This document shows, in pieces, positions 51,727 through 63,033 of a stretch of DNA of 64,000 nucleotides. Origin of the DNA: Thermoanaerobaculia bacterium. GTDB lineage: Bacteria > Acidobacteriota > Thermoanaerobaculia > Multivoradales > Multivoraceae. The notes under the pieces were generated by a model that was given only the letters and a program-made list of their open reading frames with translations, searched no databases and had not been told where the DNA came from. The stretch spans positions 3,712,001 to 3,776,000 of the forward strand of contig OY761158.1 of the NCBI GenBank assembly GCA_963664405.1. Reading direction: 5' to 3'. The first letter of the stretch is position 1; each line of letters begins with the position of its first letter. The translations under genes and the position numbers were made by a program.

Positions 51727-53235
51727 GTGATCGACGCACAGCTGCGCGGGGAGATCCGTCGTCTGTTCCTGGTCGAGAAGTGGAAAGTCGGCACGATCGC
51801 TCGACAGCTACAGCTGCACCCCTCAACCGTGCGCCGGGCGCTGGAGAAGTCCGGCGTGCTACCCCAGCAGCGACGAGGGAGGATGATCGATCCTTACCTG
51901 CCGTTCATCGAGCAGGTGCTCGGGACCTACCCACGACTGCCGGCGAGCCGTCTCTACACCATGGTGGTGGAGCGCGGCTATCCAGGAGGCCCGGATCAGT
52001 TTCGCCACCTGGTGGCCTCGATGCGACCGAAGCCCCAGCGCGAGGCGTTTCTCTCGCTGCGCATGCTGCCAGGAGAGCAGGCGCAGGTCGACTGGGGCCA
52101 CTTCGGTCGGCTCCGCGTCGGCCGGGCACATCGTCGGCTCTATGCCTTCGTCTTCGTGCTGTCGTTCTCGCGCACGGTCTTCGTGCACTTCACCCTCGAC
52201 ACTCGTCTCGAAACCTTCTTGCACGCTCACCAGCTGGCCTTCCACTACGTCGACGGCGTCGTCAGGACCGTTCTGTACGACAACCTGCGAACCGCGGTGA
52301 TCGAGCGGCAGGGAACCGCGGTGCGCTTCCATCCCGTGCTGCTCGATTTCGCCAGCCACTACGGCTTCCTTCCCACCGTCGCCGCGGTGGCTCGGGGAAA
52401 TGAGAAAGGCCGCGTCGAGCGCGCAATCCGCTTCCTGCGAAGCTCGTTCTTCGGCGCCCGAACGGTGAGCGATTTGGATCGTCTGAATCGGCAGGTCCTG
52501 GAATGGTGCCAGAGGTCGCAGCGCAGACCCTGGCCGCAGGACCGACAGCGAACCGTGAAAAGCGCCCTGGCCCAGGAACGACCTCGACTGCTTGAGCTTC
52601 CCGGAGACGACTTCGAAACCGACCTGCGACTGGAGATCAAGGTCAGAAAGACGCCGATCGTGCGCTTCGACCTCAACGACTACTCGGTGCCGCACAGTCA
52701 TGTGCAGAGGACCGTCACGCTCCTCGCCAGCGAGCATCGGGTGCGGATCCTCGATGGCCAGGAGCTCCTCGCCGAGCACCCTCGCTCGTACTCCCGGGGC
52801 GAGCAGATCCTCGATCCTCAACACCTCGAGGAGCTCCTCGCTCACAAACGCAGGGCCCGACGACACCGGGGCTTCCATCGGCTGTTTTCCGCTGTGCCTC
52901 GATGCGAAGAGCTGATGCAGCAGCTCGCCGAGCGAGGCGAGAACCTCGGAACGCAGACCGCCGGCCTGCTCCGACTCCTGCGCCAGTACGGCCCCCAGCG
53001 ACTCGACAAAGCCGTGCGCGAAGCGCTCCTGAACCACGCACCGCGATTCCAGTCCGTCCGGCTCCTACTCGAACGGCACCAGCGCGGCCTCGGTCAGCCC
53101 CCGGCTTTACCGGTGCCGCTCAGCCAGGAGCTCCAACAGCGAGATCTCTCCGTGAGACCGCACAACCTCGAGGACTACGACCAACTTGGAGGCAACGACG
53201 ATGGCCCGACCCAGGAAGAGTCCAACGATCCCTGA
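51727..53235 (+). CDS. istA: IS21 transposase IstA
   Basis: N-terminal HTH; PGEQAQVDWG, LYDN, NEKGRVER, YSVP; GTG start. Confidence 0.93.
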   Translation: MIDAQLRGEIRRLFLVEKWKVGTIARQLQLHPSTVRRALEKSGVLPQQRRGRMIDPYLPFIEQVLGTYPRLPASRLYTMVVERGYPGGPDQFRHLVASMRPKPQREAFLSLRMLPGEQAQVDWGHFGRLRVGRAHRRLYAFVFVLSFSRTVFVHFTLDTRLETFLHAHQLAFHYVDGVVRTVLYDNLRTAVIERQGTAVRFHPVLLDFASHYGFLPTVAAVARGNEKGRVERAIRFLRSSFFGARTVSDLDRLNRQVLEWCQRSQRRPWPQDRQRTVKSALAQERPRLLELPGDDFETDLRLEIKVRKTPIVRFDLNDYSVPHSHVQRTVTLLASEHRVRILDGQELLAEHPRSYSRGEQILDPQHLEELLAHKRRARRHRGFHRLFSAVPRCEELMQQLAERGENLGTQTAGLLRLLRQYGPQRLDKAVREALLNHAPRFQSVRLLLERHQRGLGQPPALPVPLSQELQQRDLSVRPHNLEDYDQLGGNDDGPTQEESNDP

Positions 53236-53995
53236 CGAACCACTACGAGAGCTCGCCCGATCCCTCGGCTTCTACGCCCTCGTCGACGACTGGGGCACCT
53301 ACCGAGAACAGCCCTGGCTCGAACAGCTGCTGCGCAAAGAAGAGGCCGAGCGCAAACGGCGCAGCCTCGAACGGCGCATCCGCACCAGCCGCGTCGGGCT
53401 CTTCAAGAGCATCGCCGACTTCGACTTCTCCTGGCCCCAGCGCATCGACCGCGAGCAGATCCAGGATCTGCTCACCCTCCAATTCCTCGACGACATCACC
53501 AACGTCATCCTCCTCGGACCCAACGGTGTCGGCAAGACCATGATTGCCAAGAACCTCCTCTACCAGGCGCTGCAACGAGGGGCCACCGCCAGCTTCGTCA
53601 CCGCCTCCGACATGCTCAACGATCTCGCCGTCCAGGAAACCCCCTCGGCGCTCCAGAGAAGGCTCTCCAAATACACCCGACCCTCGCTTTTGGCAATCGA
53701 TGAGCTCGGCTATCTCTCCTACGACCACCGCCACGCGGATCTCCTCTTCGAGGTCGTCTCCAGGAGATACGGCAACAAGCCCATTCTTCTCACCACCAAC
53801 AAGCCCTTCGCCGAATGGGCCGAGGTCTTTCCCAACGCCTCCTGCGTCGTCACTCTCGTCGATCGACTCACCCACCACGCCGAGATCGTCAAGATCGAGG
53901 CTAACTCCTATCGCCGCAAGGAGGCCAAGGAGGCTGCTGAAAAAAAGGCCAAGGACCGCGCCAAAAGGCGGAGCGCAGCACGACGACGCTCATGA
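53201..53995 (+). CDS. istB: IS21 AAA+ ATPase IstB
   Basis: FDF, GPNGVGKT, IDELGY, TTNK, LVDRLTHH. Confidence 0.95.
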   Translation: MARPRKSPTIPDEPLRELARSLGFYALVDDWGTYREQPWLEQLLRKEEAERKRRSLERRIRTSRVGLFKSIADFDFSWPQRIDREQIQDLLTLQFLDDITNVILLGPNGVGKTMIAKNLLYQALQRGATASFVTASDMLNDLAVQETPSALQRRLSKYTRPSLLAIDELGYLSYDHRHADLLFEVVSRRYGNKPILLTTNKPFAEWAEVFPNASCVVTLVDRLTHHAEIVKIEANSYRRKEAKEAAEKKAKDRAKRRSAARRRS

Positions 53996-54348
53996 CCCGA
54001 AGCCACTATCGGCGCCAGCTCCTCCGCCTCTATCGACTCCTTCCCGACACCCCGCACCGCTTCCACCACGGCGACCGCGTCATCGTCGACCAGCTCTTCG
54101 ACCAAGACCTGCCTCTCACCGTCCTCCAGGCCGCCCTCCTCCTCGGCTCCGCCCGACGCGCATGCCGAGATCCGCGCCTACCAAAGCTCCAGCCCATCCG
54201 ATCCCTCGCCTACTTTCTCCCCATCCTCCGAGAACTCCCCACGACGCCACCCCCCGAGGGGTACCTCGACTATCTGCGCCACACCCTGAGTCACGCCTCG
54301 CGGGGACAAAAAACCGACTCGCAGCCAACTAAGTGCGCTTTCTCGTAG
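53992..54348 (+). CDS. Hypothetical helical protein (IS21 accessory ORF)
   Basis: ATGA-coupled to istB; stop lies within the right IR; IRSLAYFLPILRE motif. Confidence 0.7.
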   Translation: MTRSHYRRQLLRLYRLLPDTPHRFHHGDRVIVDQLFDQDLPLTVLQAALLLGSARRACRDPRLPKLQPIRSLAYFLPILRELPTTPPPEGYLDYLRHTLSHASRGQKTDSQPTKCAFS

Positions 54349-54544
54349 CCGGTAACATGTAGCATCGGTTCGTCGCATGTAAGGGGCCATAAGGTCGTCT
54401 CGGGTGGGAAGAATTGGCGCAGAAACGCTGAGTCGGTGCGGTCGGCAGGGTCTTGTGTGGGGAGAGGGTCGGAATCGAGGCTTTCGGAGACACAGGTCGA
54501 CCGAGGCGGCCTTGGAGGTTTTCGCTGTGGGTCGGGGCTAAGCT

Positions 54545-56029
54545 TCATGAGACGGCGTGGTGCGCTTCGAGCAGCCAAGGGACGGTGTCTCTGAAGCCGA
54601 GGAGGCGAAAGATCATTCTTCGTCCGGACCTGAGGATTTGTGCGGGCACGAGGATGATGTCGTGGTAGAAGGTGCGGAAGTCGCAGCGGGCGATATAGGG
54701 GCGAAGCTTCTTGGGAACCGAGAGAGCCAGCCAGGCTTTCAGGTTCCAGGCCAGACAGCCGATCACCAAGTAGGCCCAGTTGCCAAGGAAGCTCTTGGTC
54801 GGCATCCTCATGGCTTGGATCTGGCTCTTAAGCTGCGCGATCAGGTTCTCCTGGTCGCAGCGCTGGTTGCTTTCGGCAATGATCGCAGCTGCATTGTGAC
54901 TCGTCTTCGGTAGGTTCGTAAGATAGAAGAAGTAGCGGATCTGCGGCTCCAGAAGGTGCTGTCCCTGGGTGACCTTGATCGTTTTTCGCAGGATCACCAG
55001 GCGATAGTTCTGGCGGCACTTCCTCGGCCGATATTCGATCTCGGCGACGTCCTCTTCTTCGAGCTCGAGGTTCAGATACCCCTTGGCTGAGATCACCAGC
55101 TGGCGCTGGTTCTGCGGTCGGGCGCGAAGGCCGGCAGGCACCCGATCCGGCCGCTTCAAAGGCTTGAAATCCCCCTCTTCCAAGCTGTTTGCCAGGTTTT
55201 TGGCCTTCGCGTGGGCCATCATCCCGAACACGAACCGATACCCCTTCTGGTCCCAGCCATCCAGGGAGGCGCTCGACGTGAAGTCGGTGTCTCCGCGAAA
55301 CAGAACCGAGTTGAAACCGCGCGCCAGAGCGGCCTGCGCACAGCGCTCCAGCGCCGCCGCCGAGCCCTCGTGAGAAGGACGAGAGGCGGAGCGATTCTCC
55401 ACCCACAACACCTCCGAGGAGTTCGCCAGCGTGACCAGCAACGGACCGTAACCCCATTTCCCGTTGTACGCCAGGTCGGCACCTTCTCGGCAATCTCCGC
55501 CCACCTCCGCGATCGTCCCGTCAACATCGATCGTCGCTTCGCCCTTGCCCCGCTTCCACTTCCAAGCCCTTTTGCCGATCTCCAGGTTCGCTTCCAACAA
55601 ACCTACAATCTGCTTTTCGTCGAATCGGCGAAGAAAGTCCCCGGCGGTCGTTGGACCCGGAATCCTGCGCGCACCCACTGCGTCCAAATACGCCAGGTCG
55701 CGGCGACGTCGCTCCAGGTCCTCAAGCGTGCAACCACCCGTAACCAAGTTGTAGATCATGTTCAAAATGTGATCCGACTCGTGGTACGGAAAGTGACGCT
55801 TCAACACCTCCACACGCCGATCCAACGTCTTGGCGATACCCAGGTGCTTCACCAGCTGGCGCACCAGACCCAGACCACCACACACAATCGCCTTGCTCCT
55901 CGTCGATATCTGGTAATACACCGATTCCTCCGACAGCATCGGGACATCCGTCTCCGGATACCAGGTCGGATCCAAACGAGCCTTGATCGCCGCTTGACCT
56001 TCTCTCTGCACAACCGTAATCTGTTTCAC
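54545..56029 (-). CDS. IS1380-family transposase (DDE_Tnp_1_4)
   Basis: TIDVDGT, FRGDTDF, QRCDQENLIAQLK, NWAYL..LAWNL. Confidence 0.92.
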   Translation of the reverse strand: MKQITVVQREGQAAIKARLDPTWYPETDVPMLSEESVYYQISTRSKAIVCGGLGLVRQLVKHLGIAKTLDRRVEVLKRHFPYHESDHILNMIYNLVTGGCTLEDLERRRRDLAYLDAVGARRIPGPTTAGDFLRRFDEKQIVGLLEANLEIGKRAWKWKRGKGEATIDVDGTIAEVGGDCREGADLAYNGKWGYGPLLVTLANSSEVLWVENRSASRPSHEGSAAALERCAQAALARGFNSVLFRGDTDFTSSASLDGWDQKGYRFVFGMMAHAKAKNLANSLEEGDFKPLKRPDRVPAGLRARPQNQRQLVISAKGYLNLELEEEDVAEIEYRPRKCRQNYRLVILRKTIKVTQGQHLLEPQIRYFFYLTNLPKTSHNAAAIIAESNQRCDQENLIAQLKSQIQAMRMPTKSFLGNWAYLVIGCLAWNLKAWLALSVPKKLRPYIARCDFRTFYHDIILVPAQILRSGRRMIFRLLGFRDTVPWLLEAHHAVS

Positions 56030-56171
56030 CTGAAAAGCCTCTCTTTCGTCCGGTGTTTTTTGGGTCTGTCAACCTGAAACTACCTGAAAGAACGGGGCTT
56101 TTCTCCTTTTCTGGCTATCGCAACCACATAGGAAGCGCTTGTTCAAGGGCCGCGTGTACTAGGAACCCCGA

Positions 56172-56918
56172 ATGCGTCGAACGGACAATGAAGCGGAGCT
56201 CGAGATTCTCGACCGGCTCGACCTTCCCTTCGCCGACGCCGAGCGCGGGCTCCTCGACCTGAGGCGAGGAAATCGCATCCTCTTCGGCTGGCGCGCCGTG
56301 GTGGGCACGCTCTTGTCGAGGATGCGCCGATGCGGCCCAGAGCAGACCCTACTCGATGTCGCCGCAGGCAGTGGCGATGTCGGCTCCGCTCTCTCTCGCT
56401 CTGCCTCACGTCGGGGCGTTCGTCTGCGAGTCATCGCTCTGGACCGCAAGCTCAGCCATCTCATTGTGGGCCGCCGCCTGGGAGAGGTGAGCCATGGAGT
56501 GGTTGCCTGCGCAAGGGAGTTGCCGTTCGCCGACGGAGCCTTTGATTGGACGCTTTCCACGTTGTTCTTTCATCATCTCGACCGGCGCTCGAAGAGGCGG
56601 GTTTGCACTGAGATGAAGAGGGTGGCTCGCCGCTCCGCTGTGATCATCGACCTGCGTCGTGCGCGATGGGTAGCCGCCGCCGTCCGCCTTCTTCTTCCTC
56701 TGATCGCCAATGGCCGGATTGCTCGGCGCGACGGCTACACCTCAGTACGGCGAAGCTGGACGCTTTCGGAGTGGCGAACCTTCCTCGAGCCCGAGGTACC
56801 ACAAGAGCTCCGGCATCGTTTCCCGGCAAGGGTCTCCGTGGTGTTGGAGGCCGCTCTTCCCGAGACGTCCAAGAGTCCGGTTCAGGCCTCCATTGACAAG
56901 GGCTCGAGCCCTCCCTAA
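56172..56918 (+). CDS. Class I SAM-dependent methyltransferase
   Basis: LLDVAAGSGD, TLFFHHL, IIDLRR, DGYTSVRRSW. Confidence 0.85.
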   Translation: MRRTDNEAELEILDRLDLPFADAERGLLDLRRGNRILFGWRAVVGTLLSRMRRCGPEQTLLDVAAGSGDVGSALSRSASRRGVRLRVIALDRKLSHLIVGRRLGEVSHGVVACARELPFADGAFDWTLSTLFFHHLDRRSKRRVCTEMKRVARRSAVIIDLRRARWVAAAVRLLLPLIANGRIARRDGYTSVRRSWTLSEWRTFLEPEVPQELRHRFPARVSVVLEAALPETSKSPVQASIDKGSSPP

Positions 56919-56921
56919 CAT
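56893..56921 (+). promoter_or_regulatory. Sigma70 promoter of tRNA-Asn
   Basis: TTGACA-N17-TAACAT. Confidence 0.75.
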
Positions 56922-56949
56922 ACCTCGTCGCCGTCTGGTGGCAGCTCGG

Positions 56950-57024
56950 TCCTCGGTAGCTCAATGGTAGAGCGTTCGGCTGTTAACCGAAATGTTGGGG
57001 GTTCAAGTCCCTCCCGAGGAGCCA
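56950..57024 (+). tRNA. tRNA-Asn(GTT)
   Basis: TCCTCGGTAGCTCAATGG..TTCGG-CTGTTAA-CCGAA..GCCA. Confidence 0.95.
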
Positions 57025-57196
57025 TGCCGCCCCCCCCTTTGCGCGCCGTCCTCGGCGCAGATAGCCGTTGAGTGGGGACCGCGGGGCAGACGCAGTAAAG
57101 AGCCGTCGATTTCCGGGGCCGAGAGGGTAGCTTCGGCACTGAGCTGTAGGTATCATCCGCACATCGCGAGGTGGCGTTCAAACCACGGGAGTTCTG

Positions 57197-58804
57197 ATGT
57201 CAGAGGACACGATTGACCTAGGTGCACGCGGCGAGCTCAGGCCCCGTTCTGTGTTGCGAAATCCAAGTGTTGCGCGACTCTACGAGGAAGCGATCCGTCG
57301 CGGTGAAGCGGTGATCTCGAAGGACGGCCCGCTGCTCGTCGATACTGGAGAGCACACCGGCCGTTCCCCCAAGGACAAGTTCATAGTCCGCGAGGACGGC
57401 TCCAGCGCCGATGTCTGGTGGGGGTCCGTGAACCGGTCTATCTCACCCGAGACTTTCGACGCTCTACTCGAGAGAGCCAGAGCTTACGTGGCCGATCGAG
57501 ACCTCTTCGTCTTCGATGGCTACGCTGGCGCTCATCCCGACCACTGCCTTCCCTTGCGCGTCGTTACTGAAAAGGCTTGGCACAGCCTGTTCGCGTACAA
57601 CATGTTCTTGCGGGAGCACGACCGCCAGAAGCTCGAAGTCTTCGAGCCCCAGGCCTACGTGATCGACGTACCGGGCCTGCTAGCCGATCCAGCTACCGAT
57701 GGCACGAATAGCTCGACGGCCATCCTCGTGAATCTCACCGAACAGTTGGTGCTAATCGGCGGTACCGATTACGCGGGAGAGATCAAGAAGGGTATCTTCG
57801 GCTTGCTCAAGTACATGTTGCCGAAGCGTGGTGTCCTCAGCATGCATTGCAGCGCCAACTACGGTAGCGCAGCCGATGTCGCACTCTTTTTTGGGCTCAG
57901 CGGTACTGGCAAGACCACCCTGAGTGCAGATCCGAAACGCACTCTCATCGGTGACGACGAGCACGGATGGGCCGACGACGGCATCTTCAACTTCGAGGGT
58001 GGCTGCTACGCCAAGGTGATCCGTCTAAGCGAGGAGACTGAGCCCGAGATCTTCGCGACAACGCGGCGCTTCGGGACCATCCTCGAGAATATTGTCTTTG
58101 ATCCGGCGACACGGGCCTTGGATCTCGATGACAACACCAAGACCGAAAACACCCGCTCGAGCTATCCACTGACTATGTTGGACAATGTTGATCTAAGCGG
58201 GGTAGCCGGGCATCCGAGCAGTGTCGTCTTTCTTACCTGTGACGCTTTCGGGGTGTTGCCTCCGATCAGCCGACTCGACGAAGCGCAGGCGATGTACCAT
58301 TTTCTCAGCGGCTATACCGCCAAGGTCGCGGGCACCGAGCGAGGAGTGACCGAACCGCAGGCGACATTCAGCACCTGCTTCGCGGCGCCCTTCATGCCCC
58401 TGCATCCTCCGGTCTACGCGAAGATGCTCGGCGAGAAGATTCGCCGCCACGGTGCCCAGGTCTGGCTCATCAACACCGGATGGACCGGTGGTCCGCACGG
58501 CGAAGGCGAACGGATTCCACTTCCTCATACCCGCCGCATGGTCGATGCCGTTTTGAGTGGCGAGCTCCTCGATGCCGAGACACGGATCGACGAGGTTTTC
58601 GGTTTGGAGGTACCGTTGGCCGTCGAGGGCGTGCCAAGCGCCATCCTGGACCCGCGATTGACCTGGGGGGACGGAGCGGCCTACGACGCGCAGTCTGCGA
58701 AGCTGGCGGAGATGTTTGCCACCAACTTCGAGCCCTTTGCCGAGGAGGCGGGGTCTGAAGTCGCCGCCGCCGGTCCCCGCCGCGGGGCACCGACGGCGAG
58801 CTAG
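57197..58804 (+). CDS. pckA: Phosphoenolpyruvate carboxykinase (ATP)
   Basis: TGRSPKDK, YAGEIKK, GLSGTGKTTLS, IGDDEH, FNFEGGCYAK. Confidence 0.97.
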   Translation: MSEDTIDLGARGELRPRSVLRNPSVARLYEEAIRRGEAVISKDGPLLVDTGEHTGRSPKDKFIVREDGSSADVWWGSVNRSISPETFDALLERARAYVADRDLFVFDGYAGAHPDHCLPLRVVTEKAWHSLFAYNMFLREHDRQKLEVFEPQAYVIDVPGLLADPATDGTNSSTAILVNLTEQLVLIGGTDYAGEIKKGIFGLLKYMLPKRGVLSMHCSANYGSAADVALFFGLSGTGKTTLSADPKRTLIGDDEHGWADDGIFNFEGGCYAKVIRLSEETEPEIFATTRRFGTILENIVFDPATRALDLDDNTKTENTRSSYPLTMLDNVDLSGVAGHPSSVVFLTCDAFGVLPPISRLDEAQAMYHFLSGYTAKVAGTERGVTEPQATFSTCFAAPFMPLHPPVYAKMLGEKIRRHGAQVWLINTGWTGGPHGEGERIPLPHTRRMVDAVLSGELLDAETRIDEVFGLEVPLAVEGVPSAILDPRLTWGDGAAYDAQSAKLAEMFATNFEPFAEEAGSEVAAAGPRRGAPTAS

Positions 58805-58809
58805 CGGGT

Positions 58810-60321
58810 CTAGCTCCGCGCTGCCGGGGCGATGCTTGCCGGGTCCAGGAGCCTCTGCTCCGCCGCCCACTCCATCAGCCGCGAAGTACCACCGGCGAAG
58901 TAGTGAGCCTGCCGCCCGCCGGCTCTGAGCCGCTCGGCGAGATGTGCGCTCTTGAACTCCACTTCGCAGCAAACGACGTAGACGCGCTTCTGGTCGAAGT
59001 GCGGGCAGGCCGCGAGCGCCGCGCCGAAGTCGAGGCGCAGCGCGCCGGGATAGTGCCAGCTCGAGAAAGCACTCTTGGAGCGCAGATCGATGACCTCGGC
59101 GCCTTCGGGAATCGCCGTCGTAGCCAGGGGGTCGTTCTCTCTTCGCTGGCTGGCGGCTTCGAAGGTCCGAAGATCGATGCTCGGTGAGTCCAGGAGGCTG
59201 GTTGTGAAGGCTTCGAGGTCGAGGTCTCTCTCCGCTTCCTCGAGCTCATCCACGGTGCTGGTTGTGGCCGGTGAACGCCCCTGCAGGGCGCAGTACTCTG
59301 GCACCTGCGCCGAGAGCTCGAAAGTCCCGATGCGGCGGGCGAGAGCGATGATCTCGCTTTTGTCGAAACCGAGCAGAGGGCGAAGAACCGCGCTTGGCGA
59401 CGCCGCCGCTATGACGTTGAGGTTCTCCAGCGTCTGCGAAGAAACCTGGCCAAGGGCTTCGCCTGTCAGGACGGCGCCGGCACCCGTCCTGGCCGCAATC
59501 TCGTGGGCGCCACGAAGCATGATTCGCTTCAGCACTACTTGCCAGAGCCGCTCAGGAGTGCGCTCGCGCAGCTCTTCGACCTGGGGGCGCAGATCGACCA
59601 ACCAGAGCGTCGGCCTGTCACCATAGCTCCAATCGCGGGCCAGCACCTGAATTACCTCGAGCACCTGGCTCTCGTGCTCGCTCCCGCCCAGGTTGTAAAA
59701 GAGGTAGTCGATGGCGACTCCGCGTTTCAGCATCAGCCAGGAAGCCACCGCCGAGTCGATGCCCCCCGATACCAGCGACAGGACACGTCCGCCGCTGCCG
59801 ACGGGCAGACCGGCAGATCCTTTTGCGACATCGTGGAACAAGTGAACCACCGTCGGGTCGAGCTCCATTCGTACGGTTACGTCCGGGCTCGAAAGATTGA
59901 CCGAAGCAGCGTGCTGGAGTAGCCGGGTCCCGAGCTCCCGCTCGAGGTCCACCGAGCGCCATGTCACTTGATCGCGGATTCGGCTTCTCCGCACCCGCAC
60001 GGCGAAGCTCTTGTCGCGAACGAGGTCGCGGAACTTCTCTTCACCGAGGCGCAGCAGGTCATCGAGATCATTCCACTCGACGCACTCTTCGGGTGAGACG
60101 GACTGAATGCCGAAGATACGACCCAGCACCGGGCCCGCTCCCTCGTCCGCGGAGAGGTAGAAGCGGTTGCGCGCCAATTTCAACGAGAAGCCGATCCCGT
60201 GACTCTTCATCGCGTCGCGGATGTTCAATGCCAGCCGGCGGCGGAAGCGCGCGTAAGCACGCCCCTTCTTGGTGCTTAGATCACCGGATAGGCGGATGAG
60301 ATAGGTCTGTCGCTCTGACAT
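58810..60321 (-). CDS. thiI: tRNA 4-thiouridine sulfurtransferase (THUMP, PP-loop, rhodanese)
   Basis: SGGIDS, TGEALGQVSSQT, PEYC, C-terminal rhodanese-like domain. Confidence 0.92.
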   Translation of the reverse strand: MSERQTYLIRLSGDLSTKKGRAYARFRRRLALNIRDAMKSHGIGFSLKLARNRFYLSADEGAGPVLGRIFGIQSVSPEECVEWNDLDDLLRLGEEKFRDLVRDKSFAVRVRRSRIRDQVTWRSVDLERELGTRLLQHAASVNLSSPDVTVRMELDPTVVHLFHDVAKGSAGLPVGSGGRVLSLVSGGIDSAVASWLMLKRGVAIDYLFYNLGGSEHESQVLEVIQVLARDWSYGDRPTLWLVDLRPQVEELRERTPERLWQVVLKRIMLRGAHEIAARTGAGAVLTGEALGQVSSQTLENLNVIAAASPSAVLRPLLGFDKSEIIALARRIGTFELSAQVPEYCALQGRSPATTSTVDELEEAERDLDLEAFTTSLLDSPSIDLRTFEAASQRRENDPLATTAIPEGAEVIDLRSKSAFSSWHYPGALRLDFGAALAACPHFDQKRVYVVCCEVEFKSAHLAERLRAGGRQAHYFAGGTSRLMEWAAEQRLLDPASIAPAARS

Positions 60322-60486
60322 CGGTCGCCGCGTCCATTATGGGGGTAAGCTTGAGAGTCTCCTAGGAGCGTGTCCGAGAAATTCGGGCAGGCGAGTAGTT
60401 CTTAGGGGGGGATGGGCCGGAGAATGGGCCGGAGGCCCGTTTTCCGGGGCTAGCGCCTACGACCGATAACTCGAGATGGAGGAGCG

Positions 60487-62469
<1,983 letters not shown>

Positions 62470-62477
62470 CCTTCCCA

Positions 62478-62533
62478 TTGACAGCGGCGAATCGCCTGCT
62501 ATGATCAATCAGTACCGATTTGGTACTGATTGA
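62478..62533 (+). promoter_or_regulatory. suf promoter with palindromic operator
   Basis: TTGACA-N16-TATGAT with TGn extension; TCAATCAGTACC-N5-GGTACTGATTGA perfect 12-bp arms. Confidence 0.8.
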
Positions 62534-62542
62534 GATCAGCCG

Positions 62543-63007
62543 ATGATCCGTTTAACTAAGATCGCTGACTACGGCGTGGTGCTGATGTCTCACATTGCCG
62601 CCGAGCCGGGCCACCTCCACACAGCAACCGCGCTTTCGCGCGAGGCGCACGTCGCAGTGCCGACCGTCTCCAAGGTGCTAAAGATTCTCCAGCGGAGCGG
62701 ATTGCTTGTGTCCCATCGCGGAGCAACCGGCGGTTACGCTCTCGCTCGCGAACCTGGCGACATTTCGGTGGCCGAGGTCATTTCGGCCATGGAGGGTCCG
62801 ATCGCGGTGACCGAGTGCGTCGAGGACAGCCCCGGAGAGTGCTCGGTCGAAGATGTGTGTCGCATACGCGGCAGCTGGCAGAAGATCAACGAGGCGGTTC
62901 GCGCGGCTCTTGAAGGAATCAATCTGGAGGAGATGGCGGAGTCGTTCCACCACGACTCGCCCTCGTTTTCTGAGAATCTCGTTCATATCCGGGGCCACGC
63001 CGTTTAG
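62543..63007 (+). CDS. Rrf2-family SUF-system Fe-S assembly regulator
   Basis: RLTKIADYG, SHRGATGGY, three Cys (EC..EC..VC). Confidence 0.9.
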   Translation: MIRLTKIADYGVVLMSHIAAEPGHLHTATALSREAHVAVPTVSKVLKILQRSGLLVSHRGATGGYALAREPGDISVAEVISAMEGPIAVTECVEDSPGECSVEDVCRIRGSWQKINEAVRAALEGINLEEMAESFHHDSPSFSENLVHIRGHAV

Positions 63008-63033
63008 CGTAGGCTTCTTGGGGAGATCTGATT

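Larger units (their letters stand above)
50968..54357 (+). mobile_element. IS21-family element with four ORFs, 3390 bp
   Basis: TIRs TGTTGATGGCTGCGAGAAAGCGCA and TGTTACCGGCTACGAGAAAGCGCA; subterminal GTTGGCTGCGAG repeats; 5-bp TSD TGTAG. Confidence 0.92.
50941..56148 (-). mobile_element. IS1380-family element (about 1.8 kb without the nested IS21)
   Basis: TIRs CCTTAAACAAGCGCTTC and GAAGCGCTTGTTCAAGG; flanking direct repeat GCCGCGTGTACTAG at 50926-50939 and 56149-56162. Confidence 0.88.

Noticed and set aside
60361-60435. IS5-like end (CTAGGAGCGTGTCCGAGAAAT) and an 11-bp tandem repeat between thiI and acs
   Set aside because: No partner inverted repeat or transposase found; too short to support.
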